Source: Thermodesulfobacteriota bacterium
GTDB taxonomy: Bacteria; Desulfobacterota_D; UBA1144; Nemesobacterales; Mycalebacteriaceae
NCBI GenBank assembly: GCA_965226585.1
Contig: OZ245366.1
Span: forward strand, 736,001 to 800,000
Direction: 5' to 3'
Length of the DNA: 64,000 bases
The position numbers and the translations under genes were made by a program. The notes beneath the pieces were generated by a model. That model did not search any database. It saw only the letters and a program-made list of their open reading frames with translations, and was not told the origin of the DNA. How positions within the stretch are numbered: the stretch's first letter is position 1; each line of letters starts with the position of its first letter. Below are positions 41,435 through 51,364 of this stretch, piece by piece.

Positions 41435-44400
41435 TTGTCTAAAAATTTAATCTTATTACTCACCCTGCTTTCTCTCTTATTTACTTTTTTCACGCCATCT
41501 TCTTATGCGCAGGAACCAGGAGTCTGCTCCTACCTCATAGTAAACGGATACAGTCAACCTCGACTCTTTACCGATTGTCCCCGCACGGACGGAAACACAT
41601 ACCTCACCATTTTTGCAAGCGATGAGTTTCCCATAACTTCAACTAATGCCGCTATTTCGTACTACCCCACCCAAGCGGGCGCAAATGTAGACATTCACCT
41701 TGGAGGTGTAAGTATCACAACAGTACAACCAGACGGAGAATCTATATTTATCAACACCCCGGGGAACGCCCTTTTAGAAGTCGAGGACAGCGCGTTTATC
41801 ATCAAACGCGGAACCGGCGGAAATGTTGTTACCATCACAGCCGGAACGGGTGATGTGGATATGGATATTCACAACAACTCAAAAGTTCAAATTGAATCAA
41901 TCGGCGGAAACGGAATTGTCGCATCAAGCGAAAGCGGAAATGTGTTTGCGGACTTCTCCAATCAGGGGAGAATCTATTCAGTCCAAGATGACGCAACCGG
42001 GTTTATCGCGACAACCAACGGCGGTGAAATCAGCGCGAATTTTGACGGTTTGTATTCAAGAATACTTATGTACCCCGTAGGCAATCACGGTGGCTCATCA
42101 GACGCCAAAGGCGCGACACTTACATCCACAAGCGGCAATATAGGTGTTTTACTGACAAACTCCTCGGCAATCCTCGCCCCGTCTCTGGGAGATTCCCACG
42201 GCTTGGAGGCGGTAACGGGAGGGGACGGCGACATAAACATACATTTGCAAAATGGAAACGCCTGCATAGTCGGCAGAAACGGGGCTATAGCCAATACTGT
42301 TGACGGCGACATAAACATATATCTGTCAGACGCTCTTATTCGCGGCAGGGGCACAGGCGGACGGGCTTTGAATGCAACATCTACAAACGGAGATATTACA
42401 ATCACAGGCGATGGCACGGGCAACATTGCCTCTGTTGCTGGTAACGGCGTTTATCTTGACACCGATGGCGAGGCAAGCATCAGCAATATTGATATATGGA
42501 CGCAAGGTGATGGCGGCACAACAATAGAATCGGTGAGCGGCTTGCGTGTAGTATCGGGAAATATCTGGGCTAACGGTTCGGGCGGCAATACGGTGGAAGC
42601 GGGAACGGTGACTATGTCGGGCGGAGATATTTTTACGACAGTCCATAACGGCAATGTGGTGGTTGCCCAAGCGGTGGATATATCGGGCGGAGGGATTTGG
42701 ATGCTCAGAGGCGGTTCATCAGAGAGCATTTTCAGTACCGCCGTGCTTCTCAGAAACGAAGACGGGCAAGCGGAATTGACGGTTGGAGGAAGCGCGATTG
42801 TGTGCGGCGGTGCGCTTTCGGGCATAATCTGCACGGCAAGCGACTATGGCTATGCCGTGCGTGCTGAGACCCCGGCGGCGACCTATGGCACAACGATAAC
42901 AACCGAACCCACCGGCAATATAACGGGCAGAATTGGGCTTTCTAACAACAACGATGTTTTCTACAACAACGGCTCTTTCACCGGACACGGAAACACCAGA
43001 GCCGGTGATGACAGGGTTGAAAACAAAGGAACCTTCACCCTGACTGGAGATTTTGAAATGGGTGAAGGCGATGACACTTTTGAAAACAAAGACAGTGGAA
43101 TGGTAGTTTATGGCAACCACTCAATAATCGCAGAAACCAAGCCTGACCCACCCTCCACGCAACAATCATCCCCTTCCCGTCATTCCGCATCCTCTCCTTC
43201 CCGTCATTCCGTGCTTGACACGGAATCCAGTATTCAACTGGCTAACCAATACTGGATTCCTGCTTCCGCAGGAATGACGGAGGGGGCGGGAAACAGCCGT
43301 TTCCGCCTCTCCGCATCAGACCTCGCCCCTGAAGACACAACCGCAACCATAAACTTCGGCGGTGGCGATGACCATTTCATAAACAACGGCACAATCATAA
43401 TTCAAGACACAGGCGGCTTTGCGGGACTGGAGAAAATAACCTTTGGTGAAAATTCAACAGTAATGGTTACCGCAGACTCTGCCGAAATGACGACAGACAA
43501 ACCCCTCATAGAACTTGAAGGCGAGATAACCGCAGAGGATGTTAAAGACCTAAATATAAAATTAGCCAACCCTGAAAGACATTCAGACGAGTTTTCATTA
43601 TTCAGCGAAACCGCCCTTCCTGATAATGAAGCCGGAAGGCAAGCGGTATTGAGCATGATAAGCGGCGGTCTTGGTGAAGGCAGTAGTGCGGGGGTGGATT
43701 CAAACGGCAACATATTTGTTGTGCTTGCCAATTCTGTCCACTTTAACTACCTGAGAAACTATGACGCAATGATCCAATCCGCTTACCACTCAGACACAAG
43801 TTTCTCAGAAAAACTGCGTGGCAGTTGTTACGGCGGAGAAGCGGAGACGCAAGATTTACGCGGCGGCTGTCTCTGGGCAGACGCAGGAAGCCGTCACACA
43901 CGGCACGATACAAAGGTTAAATACGGAGAAGATGCTTATGTATTTGCCGGAGGTTTTTCCATCCCCGCCGGGCAGTCTGCCATATCAATCGGCGCGGGTT
44001 ATGAAACATCAGACTTTAATGCCGGAACAGACACAAACGCATCGGGTGAGCGTTTCATGGCAGGATTATCAGTAGCGGGTGAGATTTGGAAAAGAATTAT
44101 CGCAGACGCAAGAACACAGTTTGCAAAAGCGGCATGGGAATCAACATCCGCAAGGGGAGAAGATGCCTACTCCGCAAAGACAAATATAACAACATGGTCT
44201 GCCGCAATAGGGGCGGAAATGCCGTTTTTCCCCGGTGGTGTATTTATGGTGGTTCCGCGTCTTGAGGCGGGAGTAGCCCGTGTATCTGCGGACAGTTTTA
44301 CAGAAACCGGAGATATGCCTCTTTCTGTTGAAGGATTATCACAAACATATTTGCGTGTAACCCCATCGGTAACGGCTTACGCTCCCGCAGGGGAAAGTAT

Positions 44401-44653
44401 AAATATGTGGATGACCGCCGGGGCAGACGCTCATTTAACAGACCCCAAGACAGACTTAAAAGCCGCTTTTTCCCCTGATGACCCGGTAAATACAAAAGGC
44501 GGACTTGAACGCATAAACATAAGATACAGCGCGGGTGCAGAGGTAAATCCGTTAAAAGGTATAAGTGTTCGTGTGGCTTATAGCGGCGGGGTTTCCACTA
44601 CCTTTGATACGCTTACGCAGACATTCACGGCAAGGTTCGGAGTGGCGTTTTAA
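41435..44653 (+). CDS. autotransporter protein, paralog of the upstream gene
   Basis: TTG start with GAGGA RBS; signal peptide; blocks shared with gene 1; C-terminal barrel ending RFGVAF. Confidence 0.88.
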   Translation: MSKNLILLLTLLSLLFTFFTPSSYAQEPGVCSYLIVNGYSQPRLFTDCPRTDGNTYLTIFASDEFPITSTNAAISYYPTQAGANVDIHLGGVSITTVQPDGESIFINTPGNALLEVEDSAFIIKRGTGGNVVTITAGTGDVDMDIHNNSKVQIESIGGNGIVASSESGNVFADFSNQGRIYSVQDDATGFIATTNGGEISANFDGLYSRILMYPVGNHGGSSDAKGATLTSTSGNIGVLLTNSSAILAPSLGDSHGLEAVTGGDGDINIHLQNGNACIVGRNGAIANTVDGDINIYLSDALIRGRGTGGRALNATSTNGDITITGDGTGNIASVAGNGVYLDTDGEASISNIDIWTQGDGGTTIESVSGLRVVSGNIWANGSGGNTVEAGTVTMSGGDIFTTVHNGNVVVAQAVDISGGGIWMLRGGSSESIFSTAVLLRNEDGQAELTVGGSAIVCGGALSGIICTASDYGYAVRAETPAATYGTTITTEPTGNITGRIGLSNNNDVFYNNGSFTGHGNTRAGDDRVENKGTFTLTGDFEMGEGDDTFENKDSGMVVYGNHSIIAETKPDPPSTQQSSPSRHSASSPSRHSVLDTESSIQLANQYWIPASAGMTEGAGNSRFRLSASDLAPEDTTATINFGGGDDHFINNGTIIIQDTGGFAGLEKITFGENSTVMVTADSAEMTTDKPLIELEGEITAEDVKDLNIKLANPERHSDEFSLFSETALPDNEAGRQAVLSMISGGLGEGSSAGVDSNGNIFVVLANSVHFNYLRNYDAMIQSAYHSDTSFSEKLRGSCYGGEAETQDLRGGCLWADAGSRHTRHDTKVKYGEDAYVFAGGFSIPAGQSAISIGAGYETSDFNAGTDTNASGERFMAGLSVAGEIWKRIIADARTQFAKAAWESTSARGEDAYSAKTNITTWSAAIGAEMPFFPGGVFMVVPRLEAGVARVSADSFTETGDMPLSVEGLSQTYLRVTPSVTAYAPAGESINMWMTAGADAHLTDPKTDLKAAFSPDDPVNTKGGLERINIRYSAGAEVNPLKGISVRVAYSGGVSTTFDTLTQTFTARFGVAF
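43174..43280. repeat. in-frame palindromic element inside autotransporter 2
   Basis: 80-bp core 43201-43280 is identical to the intergenic copy at 44761-44840. Confidence 0.92.
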
Positions 44654-45167
44654 TACTGGATTCCTGCTTTCGCAGGAATTACGAGGGAAGGGCAAGGAAT
44701 GACGGAGGGGCAACGGAATAACGCTTCTCACCACTCCGTCATTCCGTTCCTGTCCCCTTCCCGTCATTCCGTGCTTGACACGGAATCCAGTATTCAACTG
44801 GCTAACCAATACTGGATTCCTGCTTCCGCAGGAATGACGGGGAAAGAGGAATGACGGGGAAGGGGCAACGGAATAACGCTTCTCACCACTCCGTCATTCC
44901 GTGTTTGTCTCCTTCCCGTCATTCCGTGCTTGACACGGAATCCAGTATTCAACTGGTTAGTTAATACTGGGTTCCTGCTTCCGCAGGAATGACGGGGAAA
45001 GAGGAATGACGGAGAGGGCAACGGAATAACGCTTCTCACCACTCCGTCATTCCGTGTTTGTCTCCTTCCCGTCATTCCGTGCTTGACACGGAATCCAGTA
45101 TTCAACTGGTTAGTTAATACTGGGTTCCTGCTTCCGCAGGAATGACGGGGAAAGAGGAATGACGGGG
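44651..45167. repeat. tandem array of ~155-bp BIME/NIME-like palindromic units (about 3.3 copies)
   Basis: AATACTGG unit starts at 44652, 44808, 44963 and 45116. Each unit holds two inverted palindromes (ATTCCTGCTTCCGCAGGAAT and ATTCCGTGCTTGACACGGAAT). Confidence 0.92.
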
Positions 45168-45239
45168 TGACAACCGATGAAGGTTTAACATAGCAGGAAA
45201 AAGCATAAGTGGTATTGTTAAAGGGTGTGTTGTCTGCGT

Positions 45240-47801
45240 ATGAGTTTTTTAAGACAAATTAGAAAAGTTTTACTGTTGTTTGTTCTGTGCGTTCCGGTGG
45301 CTTTGTCGGCGTGCGGAGGAGGCAGTGGCGGCGGTTCGACTGTTGTGCCCCCGACTGCGCCAAGTGATGCCCCCCTTGCCGGTATCATCCAGATAGACCC
45401 CGCAGACAATCCGGGACCTGTGCCCGCCGCCGCGCCCGAGCCTTTGCTTTCCACAAATTCCGGGGCTGAAAGCGAATACGCATCTCTTGCGAGCATGGAT
45501 TACTATTTTTTCAGGCATATCAATCTGGCAAAGGCGTATTCCAATATCTACTCTCAAAACACCGATGCCGGGGGGCGTCCGGGAATGGGGGCGCGAATCG
45601 GTTTTATTGACACGGGCATTGACACCGCGCATCCGTCTTTCGCGGGCAAGAATATAGACGTGTTTCTGGGGAGGATTAGCGACGATCAGGTGCCGATAGT
45701 TCCCGTTTCAGGGTATATACCTGATGGCGGAGCCGACCACGGCACTGCTGTTGCCGGTATCGCGGCGGGTATTCCGGCTACTTTCGGGGATGGCAACACC
45801 AATTATTCATTTCAGGGAGTCGCCCCCGATGCAGATATTACCATGCTTGCCATCCTTCTCGGCACAGGCGGCGGAACGATAACAGTTCGCTCACAGGATT
45901 ATTTTCTCAATAGAAGCTGTGTAAATCCCCCATGCACTCTGGACTACCATCTGGCGCATTTGTTCAGATTTATGCTCACTCCGGAAAGAAACATTGATGC
46001 GCTTAACAACAGTTTCGGGATTTCCGGCAACATTGAAGACTTTACCGAAGAGGGGCTTCGCCGCCTTCTGCCCGGAACCATTGCCGCGCTTGAGCAGATT
46101 GACAGAGGCGGAGACGGACGGGAGGAAAAAGCCGTTATTGTCTGGGCGGCGGGAAATCACGACAATCAACTTTGCACGGGAGACGCGCCCAGTTGCATCT
46201 CCGCTACGGGGAGATTCAACGGCAGTTCGCCTCTTCCATTTTCCGCGCTTATGGCAAGGATAGAGGAACTGCGTGAAGTTTCAGTTGTCGTTATATCGAC
46301 AAGCAGTTCGGGCGGGCGCGCCAGTTTTTCACATAAATGCGGCATTGCGGCGCAGTGGTGTATCGCGGCTCCGGGAATTTCCATTACGGTTCCCTCTTCA
46401 GCCAGAGGAGGGGGTTCTTCCGCCGTAAGCCGGTCTATAGCGTCAGCGCAAGGCACTTCAGTTTCCGCGCCGATTGTTGCGGGAAGCATCGCCCTGCTGA
46501 AACAGATGTTTCGCGGGCAGATGACAAATGTGGAGTTGCTCAACCGGCTGTTTGAGACGGCGGATAAAACGGGCTTTTACGCTCCCGACACCGATGTTGA
46601 CGGAGACGGCACAAACGATGTTTCTTCAATCTACGGACAGGGTCTCCTTGATGTGGGAGCCGCCACAGAGCCGGTGGGGGATGTGATGGTTGCCCGCGCC
46701 GGAGCCGGTTCCGTGGGAGCCGGGGAAGGGCTGTTTTCTTCGCTTTACGATACGGCAATGCTGCCCGCACGCCCGTTTGGCGACTCGGTTCAAAACGCCT
46801 TTGACGGAAAGGAAATAGTGGCGTTTGATTCTCTCGGCGCGCCGTTCTGGGTTCCCGCAGGCGCGCTTACCTCTTCGCAACAGACCGGGTTTCTCGGCTC
46901 TCAACTGCGGGGATTTATGGATTTTCCCTCAAACGGAATGTTGCCGGACGGCGCGATTTCGCAAAGCCGTTTTATAAAAGCGAAGTTCACGCAAAAGCCG
47001 CGTTTTGAAGGCGCGGGCGGAGGCGGCTCCCCGTCCGGTTTAGGTCTTTCCACAGCCGGTGTTCCAACCGTCTATGCCTCGGTGGACGGCTCTCCGGTAA
47101 CGTTTTCGTCAAAAACTTCTCATCTGGATTTTGTGAGAAATCAGTCGTCTCTCGGCATCCGCTATGAAAACGGCTTTGGTCTTTCCGCTTTTGCTTCCGC
47201 CGCTCAAGAGGAGAGAGCCGTGTCGGGAGCGGTTTTTTCATACCGCCCGTCCGGGCTTCCGTTCGGTGTGCGTTCGGGCTGGATAGTGGAAGAGGATTCG
47301 GTGTTCGGCGGCTACACAGCGGGAGCGTTCGGCTCAACCGGCGCGGTTACGGGATTTGCCGGAGTGGAGTTTGAACGCTCTTTCGGAAACTGGCGTATTT
47401 TCGCGGATGCCGAAGCGGGCTCCGTTTCCGCAAGCGCGGGCAATGGTCTTATAGGCGATATGTCGGGCATTGTAACAGCCGCTTTCGGGGCGGGAGTTGT
47501 CCGCAGTTTTTCAGGCGGCTCGCTGGTACACATCTCGGCGCGCTCACCGCTTCGCGTTGAAAGGGGCGGGATAACGCTGAACCTTCCGGCGGGACGCACA
47601 CAGCGGGGGGCGATTACGCGGGATTTGGTAACGGCGGGGCTTTCACCATCGGGCAGACAGGTGGACTTGGGGGCGCGGGCGGTTGTGCCGGTTTCTGTGG
47701 GAGCAGTTAGCGTGGGAGCGGTTTTAAGCCGCCATCCGGGGCACAACGAATCGGCGGCTCCGTCTTATTCCCTTCTTGCCGGATACTCATTCGGGTTCTG
47801 A
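45240..47801 (+). CDS. subtilisin-family (S8) serine peptidase lipoprotein with C-terminal beta-barrel-like domain
   Basis: Lipobox LSAC; catalytic FIDTG, HGTAVAG, AAGN and GTSVSAP; YGQGLLD; ends GYSFGF. Confidence 0.9.
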   Translation: MSFLRQIRKVLLLFVLCVPVALSACGGGSGGGSTVVPPTAPSDAPLAGIIQIDPADNPGPVPAAAPEPLLSTNSGAESEYASLASMDYYFFRHINLAKAYSNIYSQNTDAGGRPGMGARIGFIDTGIDTAHPSFAGKNIDVFLGRISDDQVPIVPVSGYIPDGGADHGTAVAGIAAGIPATFGDGNTNYSFQGVAPDADITMLAILLGTGGGTITVRSQDYFLNRSCVNPPCTLDYHLAHLFRFMLTPERNIDALNNSFGISGNIEDFTEEGLRRLLPGTIAALEQIDRGGDGREEKAVIVWAAGNHDNQLCTGDAPSCISATGRFNGSSPLPFSALMARIEELREVSVVVISTSSSGGRASFSHKCGIAAQWCIAAPGISITVPSSARGGGSSAVSRSIASAQGTSVSAPIVAGSIALLKQMFRGQMTNVELLNRLFETADKTGFYAPDTDVDGDGTNDVSSIYGQGLLDVGAATEPVGDVMVARAGAGSVGAGEGLFSSLYDTAMLPARPFGDSVQNAFDGKEIVAFDSLGAPFWVPAGALTSSQQTGFLGSQLRGFMDFPSNGMLPDGAISQSRFIKAKFTQKPRFEGAGGGGSPSGLGLSTAGVPTVYASVDGSPVTFSSKTSHLDFVRNQSSLGIRYENGFGLSAFASAAQEERAVSGAVFSYRPSGLPFGVRSGWIVEEDSVFGGYTAGAFGSTGAVTGFAGVEFERSFGNWRIFADAEAGSVSASAGNGLIGDMSGIVTAAFGAGVVRSFSGGSLVHISARSPLRVERGGITLNLPAGRTQRGAITRDLVTAGLSPSGRQVDLGARAVVPVSVGAVSVGAVLSRHPGHNESAAPSYSLLAGYSFGF

Positions 47802-47811
47802 AAACCCGCCC

Positions 47812-50385
47812 TTATTTGAAACTGAAACTGAAACCCTTCGCGCCCGCGCCAACCTTTACGGTGTCTCCCTTGTCAAGCTTCTTTTCAAGCAAAAGTTTTG
47901 CCACCGGGTCTTCAATCTCTCTGCGTATCACCCTTTTAAGAGGCCTTGCTCCGAACTCCGGGTCGTAGCCCATTTCGGTAAGTTTTTCCTTCGCGCCGTC
48001 CGTTATCTCAAGACCGGCTCCCTTTTCCTCAAGCCGCCCGCGCAATATGGCTGTCTGGATTTCAACAATCTTCTTAATCTCCGCCTTTGAGAGCGGCTTG
48101 AAGATGATGGTTTCATCAATGCGGTTCAAAAACTCAGGGCGGAAAGCCTCTTTCATCGCCTGCGCCGCCATTTCGCGCGTTTTTTCTTCATCGCCCGCGT
48201 TTTCCTGAATCGCGCGGCTTCCGAGGTTTGAAGTCATTATTATCACGCAGTTGCGGAAATTGACCGTTCTTCCCTGTCCGTCCGTCAGCCGCCCGTCGTC
48301 AAGTATCTGGAGCAGAACATTGAAAACATCTGCGTGCGCTTTTTCAATCTCGTCAAGCAGAACAACCGAGTAGGGGCGTCTTCTGACCGCTTCGGTAAGT
48401 TGCCCGCCTTCGTCATATCCCACATATCCCGGCGGCGCTCCAATCAGGCGCGAAACCGAGTGCTTTTCCATGTATTCGCTCATGTCAATGCGGACGATGT
48501 TGTTTTCATCGTCAAACATAAACTCCGCGAGAGAGCGCGCCAGTTCGGTTTTTCCGACACCCGTGGGACCCAGAAATATCAGCGAGCCGATGGGCTTTGC
48601 CGGGTCTGAAAGCCCGGTTCTTGAGCGTCTAATCGTGTTTGAAACCGCCTCAATGGCTTCTGTCTGCCCGATAACTCTGCGAGACAGGTTTTTCTCCATT
48701 CCAAGAAGTTTCTCCGTTTCCCCTTCAATCAGTTTCGACACCGGTATTCCCGTCCACTTTGACACAACTTCCGCTATGTCTTCCGTGCCGACTTCCTCGG
48801 TAAGCATTGAGTTTCCCGCGCTTTCTTTTTCGCTGTCTTCCAGTTTCGCCTCAAGTTCGGGCAGTTTGCCGTAAAGGATTTCAGACGCGGCGGAGAGGTT
48901 GCCGTCTCTCTGGGCTTTTTCCGCCTCCGTTCGCGCGGCGTCTATCTCTCTTTTGATTTTCTTTATCTCAGAAACGCGCCCCTTTTCCTTCTCCCACGAG
49001 GCGGTGAGTTCGGTGAGATTTTCATTCAAGTTGGAGATTTTTTCCTCCATCTCGTCCAATTTGCCGTCTTCGCTTTCCTTGCCCGCCTCTCTTTTTACGC
49101 TTTCGCGCTCCATTTCAAGTTGCATAACCTTGCGGCGCGCTTCATCCACTTCGGAGGGCATGGAGTCAATCTCCATTTTGATTTTTGCCGCAGCCTCGTC
49201 AATCAGGTCAACGGCTTTGTCGGGCAGAAAACGCCCGGTTATGTAGCGGTCTGAAAGATGCGCGGCGGCGATAAGGGCTTCGTCCCTGATTCTCACCCCG
49301 TGATGCGCCTCGTATTTTTCGTTCAGTCCGCGCAGAATGGAAATGGTGTCTTCAACCGAAGGCTCGTCAACATAAACCTGCTGAAACCTTCTCTCAAAAG
49401 CCGCGTCTTTTTCTATGTTCGTTCTGAACTCGTCAAGCGTGGTGGCTCCCACACAGCGCAACTCGCCTCTGGCAAGCGCGGGTTTAAGCATATTTGAAGC
49501 GTCCATTGCCCCGTCCGCTCCGCCCGCGCCCACAACGGTGTGAATCTCGTCTATAAACAGAACAACCTCCCCGTCAGAATCCGCCACTTCCGAGAGAACC
49601 GCTTTAAGCCGCTCCTCAAACTGCCCCCTGTATTTCGCGCCCGCAACCAGCGCGCCCATGTCAAGGGCTATGAGCGTTTTGTCTTCAAGCCCTTCGGGAA
49701 CGTCTCCGTCAACAATTCTTTGCGCGAGCCCTTCAACAATGGCGGTTTTTCCCACGCCCGGCTCGCCTATGAGGACGGGGTTGTTTTTTGTGCGCCGCAG
49801 AAGAACCTGAATCACGCGCCGGATTTCCTCGTCTCTTCCGATGACCGGGTCAATCTTTCCCTCCCGCGCCAGAGCCGTGAGATCGTTGCCGTATTTCTCA
49901 AGCGACTGGAAAGTGTCTTCGGGGGATTCTCCCGTAACTTTGCGTCCGCCGCGCAATTCGGTAACGGCTTTCTCAACGGCTTTTTTGTCAATCTGCGCTT
50001 GAGAGAGCGCGGTTTTCAGTTCGCCCTGCGCGGAAGATACGATGCCAATCAGCAGGTGTTCCGTGCTTATGTATTCATCGCCCATCTCGCGAGCCGACTC
50101 TTCCGCCGCTCTAATCGCGGATGACAGTTCTTTGCTCACATATTGCTCTGTGCCCGGTGCTTCAACGGCGGGCAGTTTTTCGATGTCGTTTTCCGCCGCC
50201 CGGACGATTTGCGCTGTGTCTGCGCCGAGTTTGCTCAAAATGCCGGACGGTATTCCGCTTTCATCGGAAAGCAGAGACGCCGCGAGGTGGGGCAAGTCGA
50301 TTCCCTGATTGTTTCCGCTTTGCGCCCGCTCGCGCGCAGATGCTATTGCCTCTTGCGCTTTGATTGTGAATTTGCCGTTTTGCAT
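47812..50385 (-). CDS. clpB: chaperone ClpB
   Basis: Two AAA+ modules ([16 protein letters not shown]) with a middle coiled-coil domain. Confidence 0.97.
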   Translation of the reverse strand: MQNGKFTIKAQEAIASARERAQSGNNQGIDLPHLAASLLSDESGIPSGILSKLGADTAQIVRAAENDIEKLPAVEAPGTEQYVSKELSSAIRAAEESAREMGDEYISTEHLLIGIVSSAQGELKTALSQAQIDKKAVEKAVTELRGGRKVTGESPEDTFQSLEKYGNDLTALAREGKIDPVIGRDEEIRRVIQVLLRRTKNNPVLIGEPGVGKTAIVEGLAQRIVDGDVPEGLEDKTLIALDMGALVAGAKYRGQFEERLKAVLSEVADSDGEVVLFIDEIHTVVGAGGADGAMDASNMLKPALARGELRCVGATTLDEFRTNIEKDAAFERRFQQVYVDEPSVEDTISILRGLNEKYEAHHGVRIRDEALIAAAHLSDRYITGRFLPDKAVDLIDEAAAKIKMEIDSMPSEVDEARRKVMQLEMERESVKREAGKESEDGKLDEMEEKISNLNENLTELTASWEKEKGRVSEIKKIKREIDAARTEAEKAQRDGNLSAASEILYGKLPELEAKLEDSEKESAGNSMLTEEVGTEDIAEVVSKWTGIPVSKLIEGETEKLLGMEKNLSRRVIGQTEAIEAVSNTIRRSRTGLSDPAKPIGSLIFLGPTGVGKTELARSLAEFMFDDENNIVRIDMSEYMEKHSVSRLIGAPPGYVGYDEGGQLTEAVRRRPYSVVLLDEIEKAHADVFNVLLQILDDGRLTDGQGRTVNFRNCVIIMTSNLGSRAIQENAGDEEKTREMAAQAMKEAFRPEFLNRIDETIIFKPLSKAEIKKIVEIQTAILRGRLEEKGAGLEITDGAKEKLTEMGYDPEFGARPLKRVIRREIEDPVAKLLLEKKLDKGDTVKVGAGAKGFSFSFK

Positions 50386-50487
50386 AATTGTTTCTCCGCT
50401 ATTTAAGATATGAACCGCCGCGCTCTGCGCAAGTAAATTTTTTGCTTCCGGTTGATTTAACCCCTCGCCTGATGTTAGGATTTCCGG

Positions 50488-51342
50488 ATGTTTTACTTAT
50501 CACGCTTTACTTTGATTGTGTTGTTTGCCGTCCTTGCTTTCTCCCCCGCAAGCCATTCTCAGGACAGCTCCAAACCTTTTGACGGCTTCTACGGCGGGCT
50601 TGACGCGGCTTTTGTTTCAAACAAAACGGAAGGAACTGTGGGTCCGCTTATGGTTAATGTTGCTACTACAATTCCCACTCAGGAGATGTTGGAAATACCT
50701 GTTTCTGCTCTTCCATTTGGCGGAACTGACAAACTTCCGGGTGGTTCACTGTTCGCGGGATACGGAAAAAGTTTTGGCAGATTTTTCGCCGCGCTTGAAC
50801 TGGCGGGAAGTTACGGAAGCTATGACGACACCAAAGCGTTTGACAGTCCGCATTTTGATTCTGATATAGATGTAACCGCAGGATTTCTGGGGGCGAGCGC
50901 GCGCCTGGGTTTTCTGTTGAGCACAAACTTTATGGTCTATGGAAACGGCGGAGTGGGGAGAAACTGGATTGAAGCGGAGGGCACGGTGAAAACAGCTGAG
51001 TTCCCGCTTGGCGCTTTCCCCGTGCTTCCCTTGACTCTCAATCAGCCCGTTAAAACGGATTTAACTTTTGACGGAATTTCATTTGGCGGCGGTTTGGAAT
51101 ACGCGCTTGAAAATTTGCTGGGGCTTGAAGGCGTCAGAGTTCGCGTTGCCTATACGCGAGTTGAGCAGGGCGAGGAGAGTTTTACATACGCCGACGGTTT
51201 TGCGGGAAAAAATCTCATTAGCGCGGATATTTCTGTAGGTACGGGGAACATTACTGAAATCGAGATTGCCAGTGACAGCGTACCCGCCAAAGCGGACGCT
51301 TCGGTGAATGTAATCTCGTTTGGTCTTTTATACAGTCTCTAA
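50488..51342 (+). CDS. outer membrane beta-barrel protein (Omp25/OmpA-like)
   Basis: Signal peptide; FDGFYGG, ARLG, FGGG.EYA and terminal FGLLYSL. Confidence 0.8.
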   Translation: MFYLSRFTLIVLFAVLAFSPASHSQDSSKPFDGFYGGLDAAFVSNKTEGTVGPLMVNVATTIPTQEMLEIPVSALPFGGTDKLPGGSLFAGYGKSFGRFFAALELAGSYGSYDDTKAFDSPHFDSDIDVTAGFLGASARLGFLLSTNFMVYGNGGVGRNWIEAEGTVKTAEFPLGAFPVLPLTLNQPVKTDLTFDGISFGGGLEYALENLLGLEGVRVRVAYTRVEQGEESFTYADGFAGKNLISADISVGTGNITEIEIASDSVPAKADASVNVISFGLLYSL

Positions 51343-51364
51343 ATCAGGTAAATAATCACTCATT

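Noticed and set aside
44651..45167. CRISPR array
   Set aside because: The sequences between palindromes are themselves repeated rather than unique spacers, the period is ~155 bp, and no cas genes are present.
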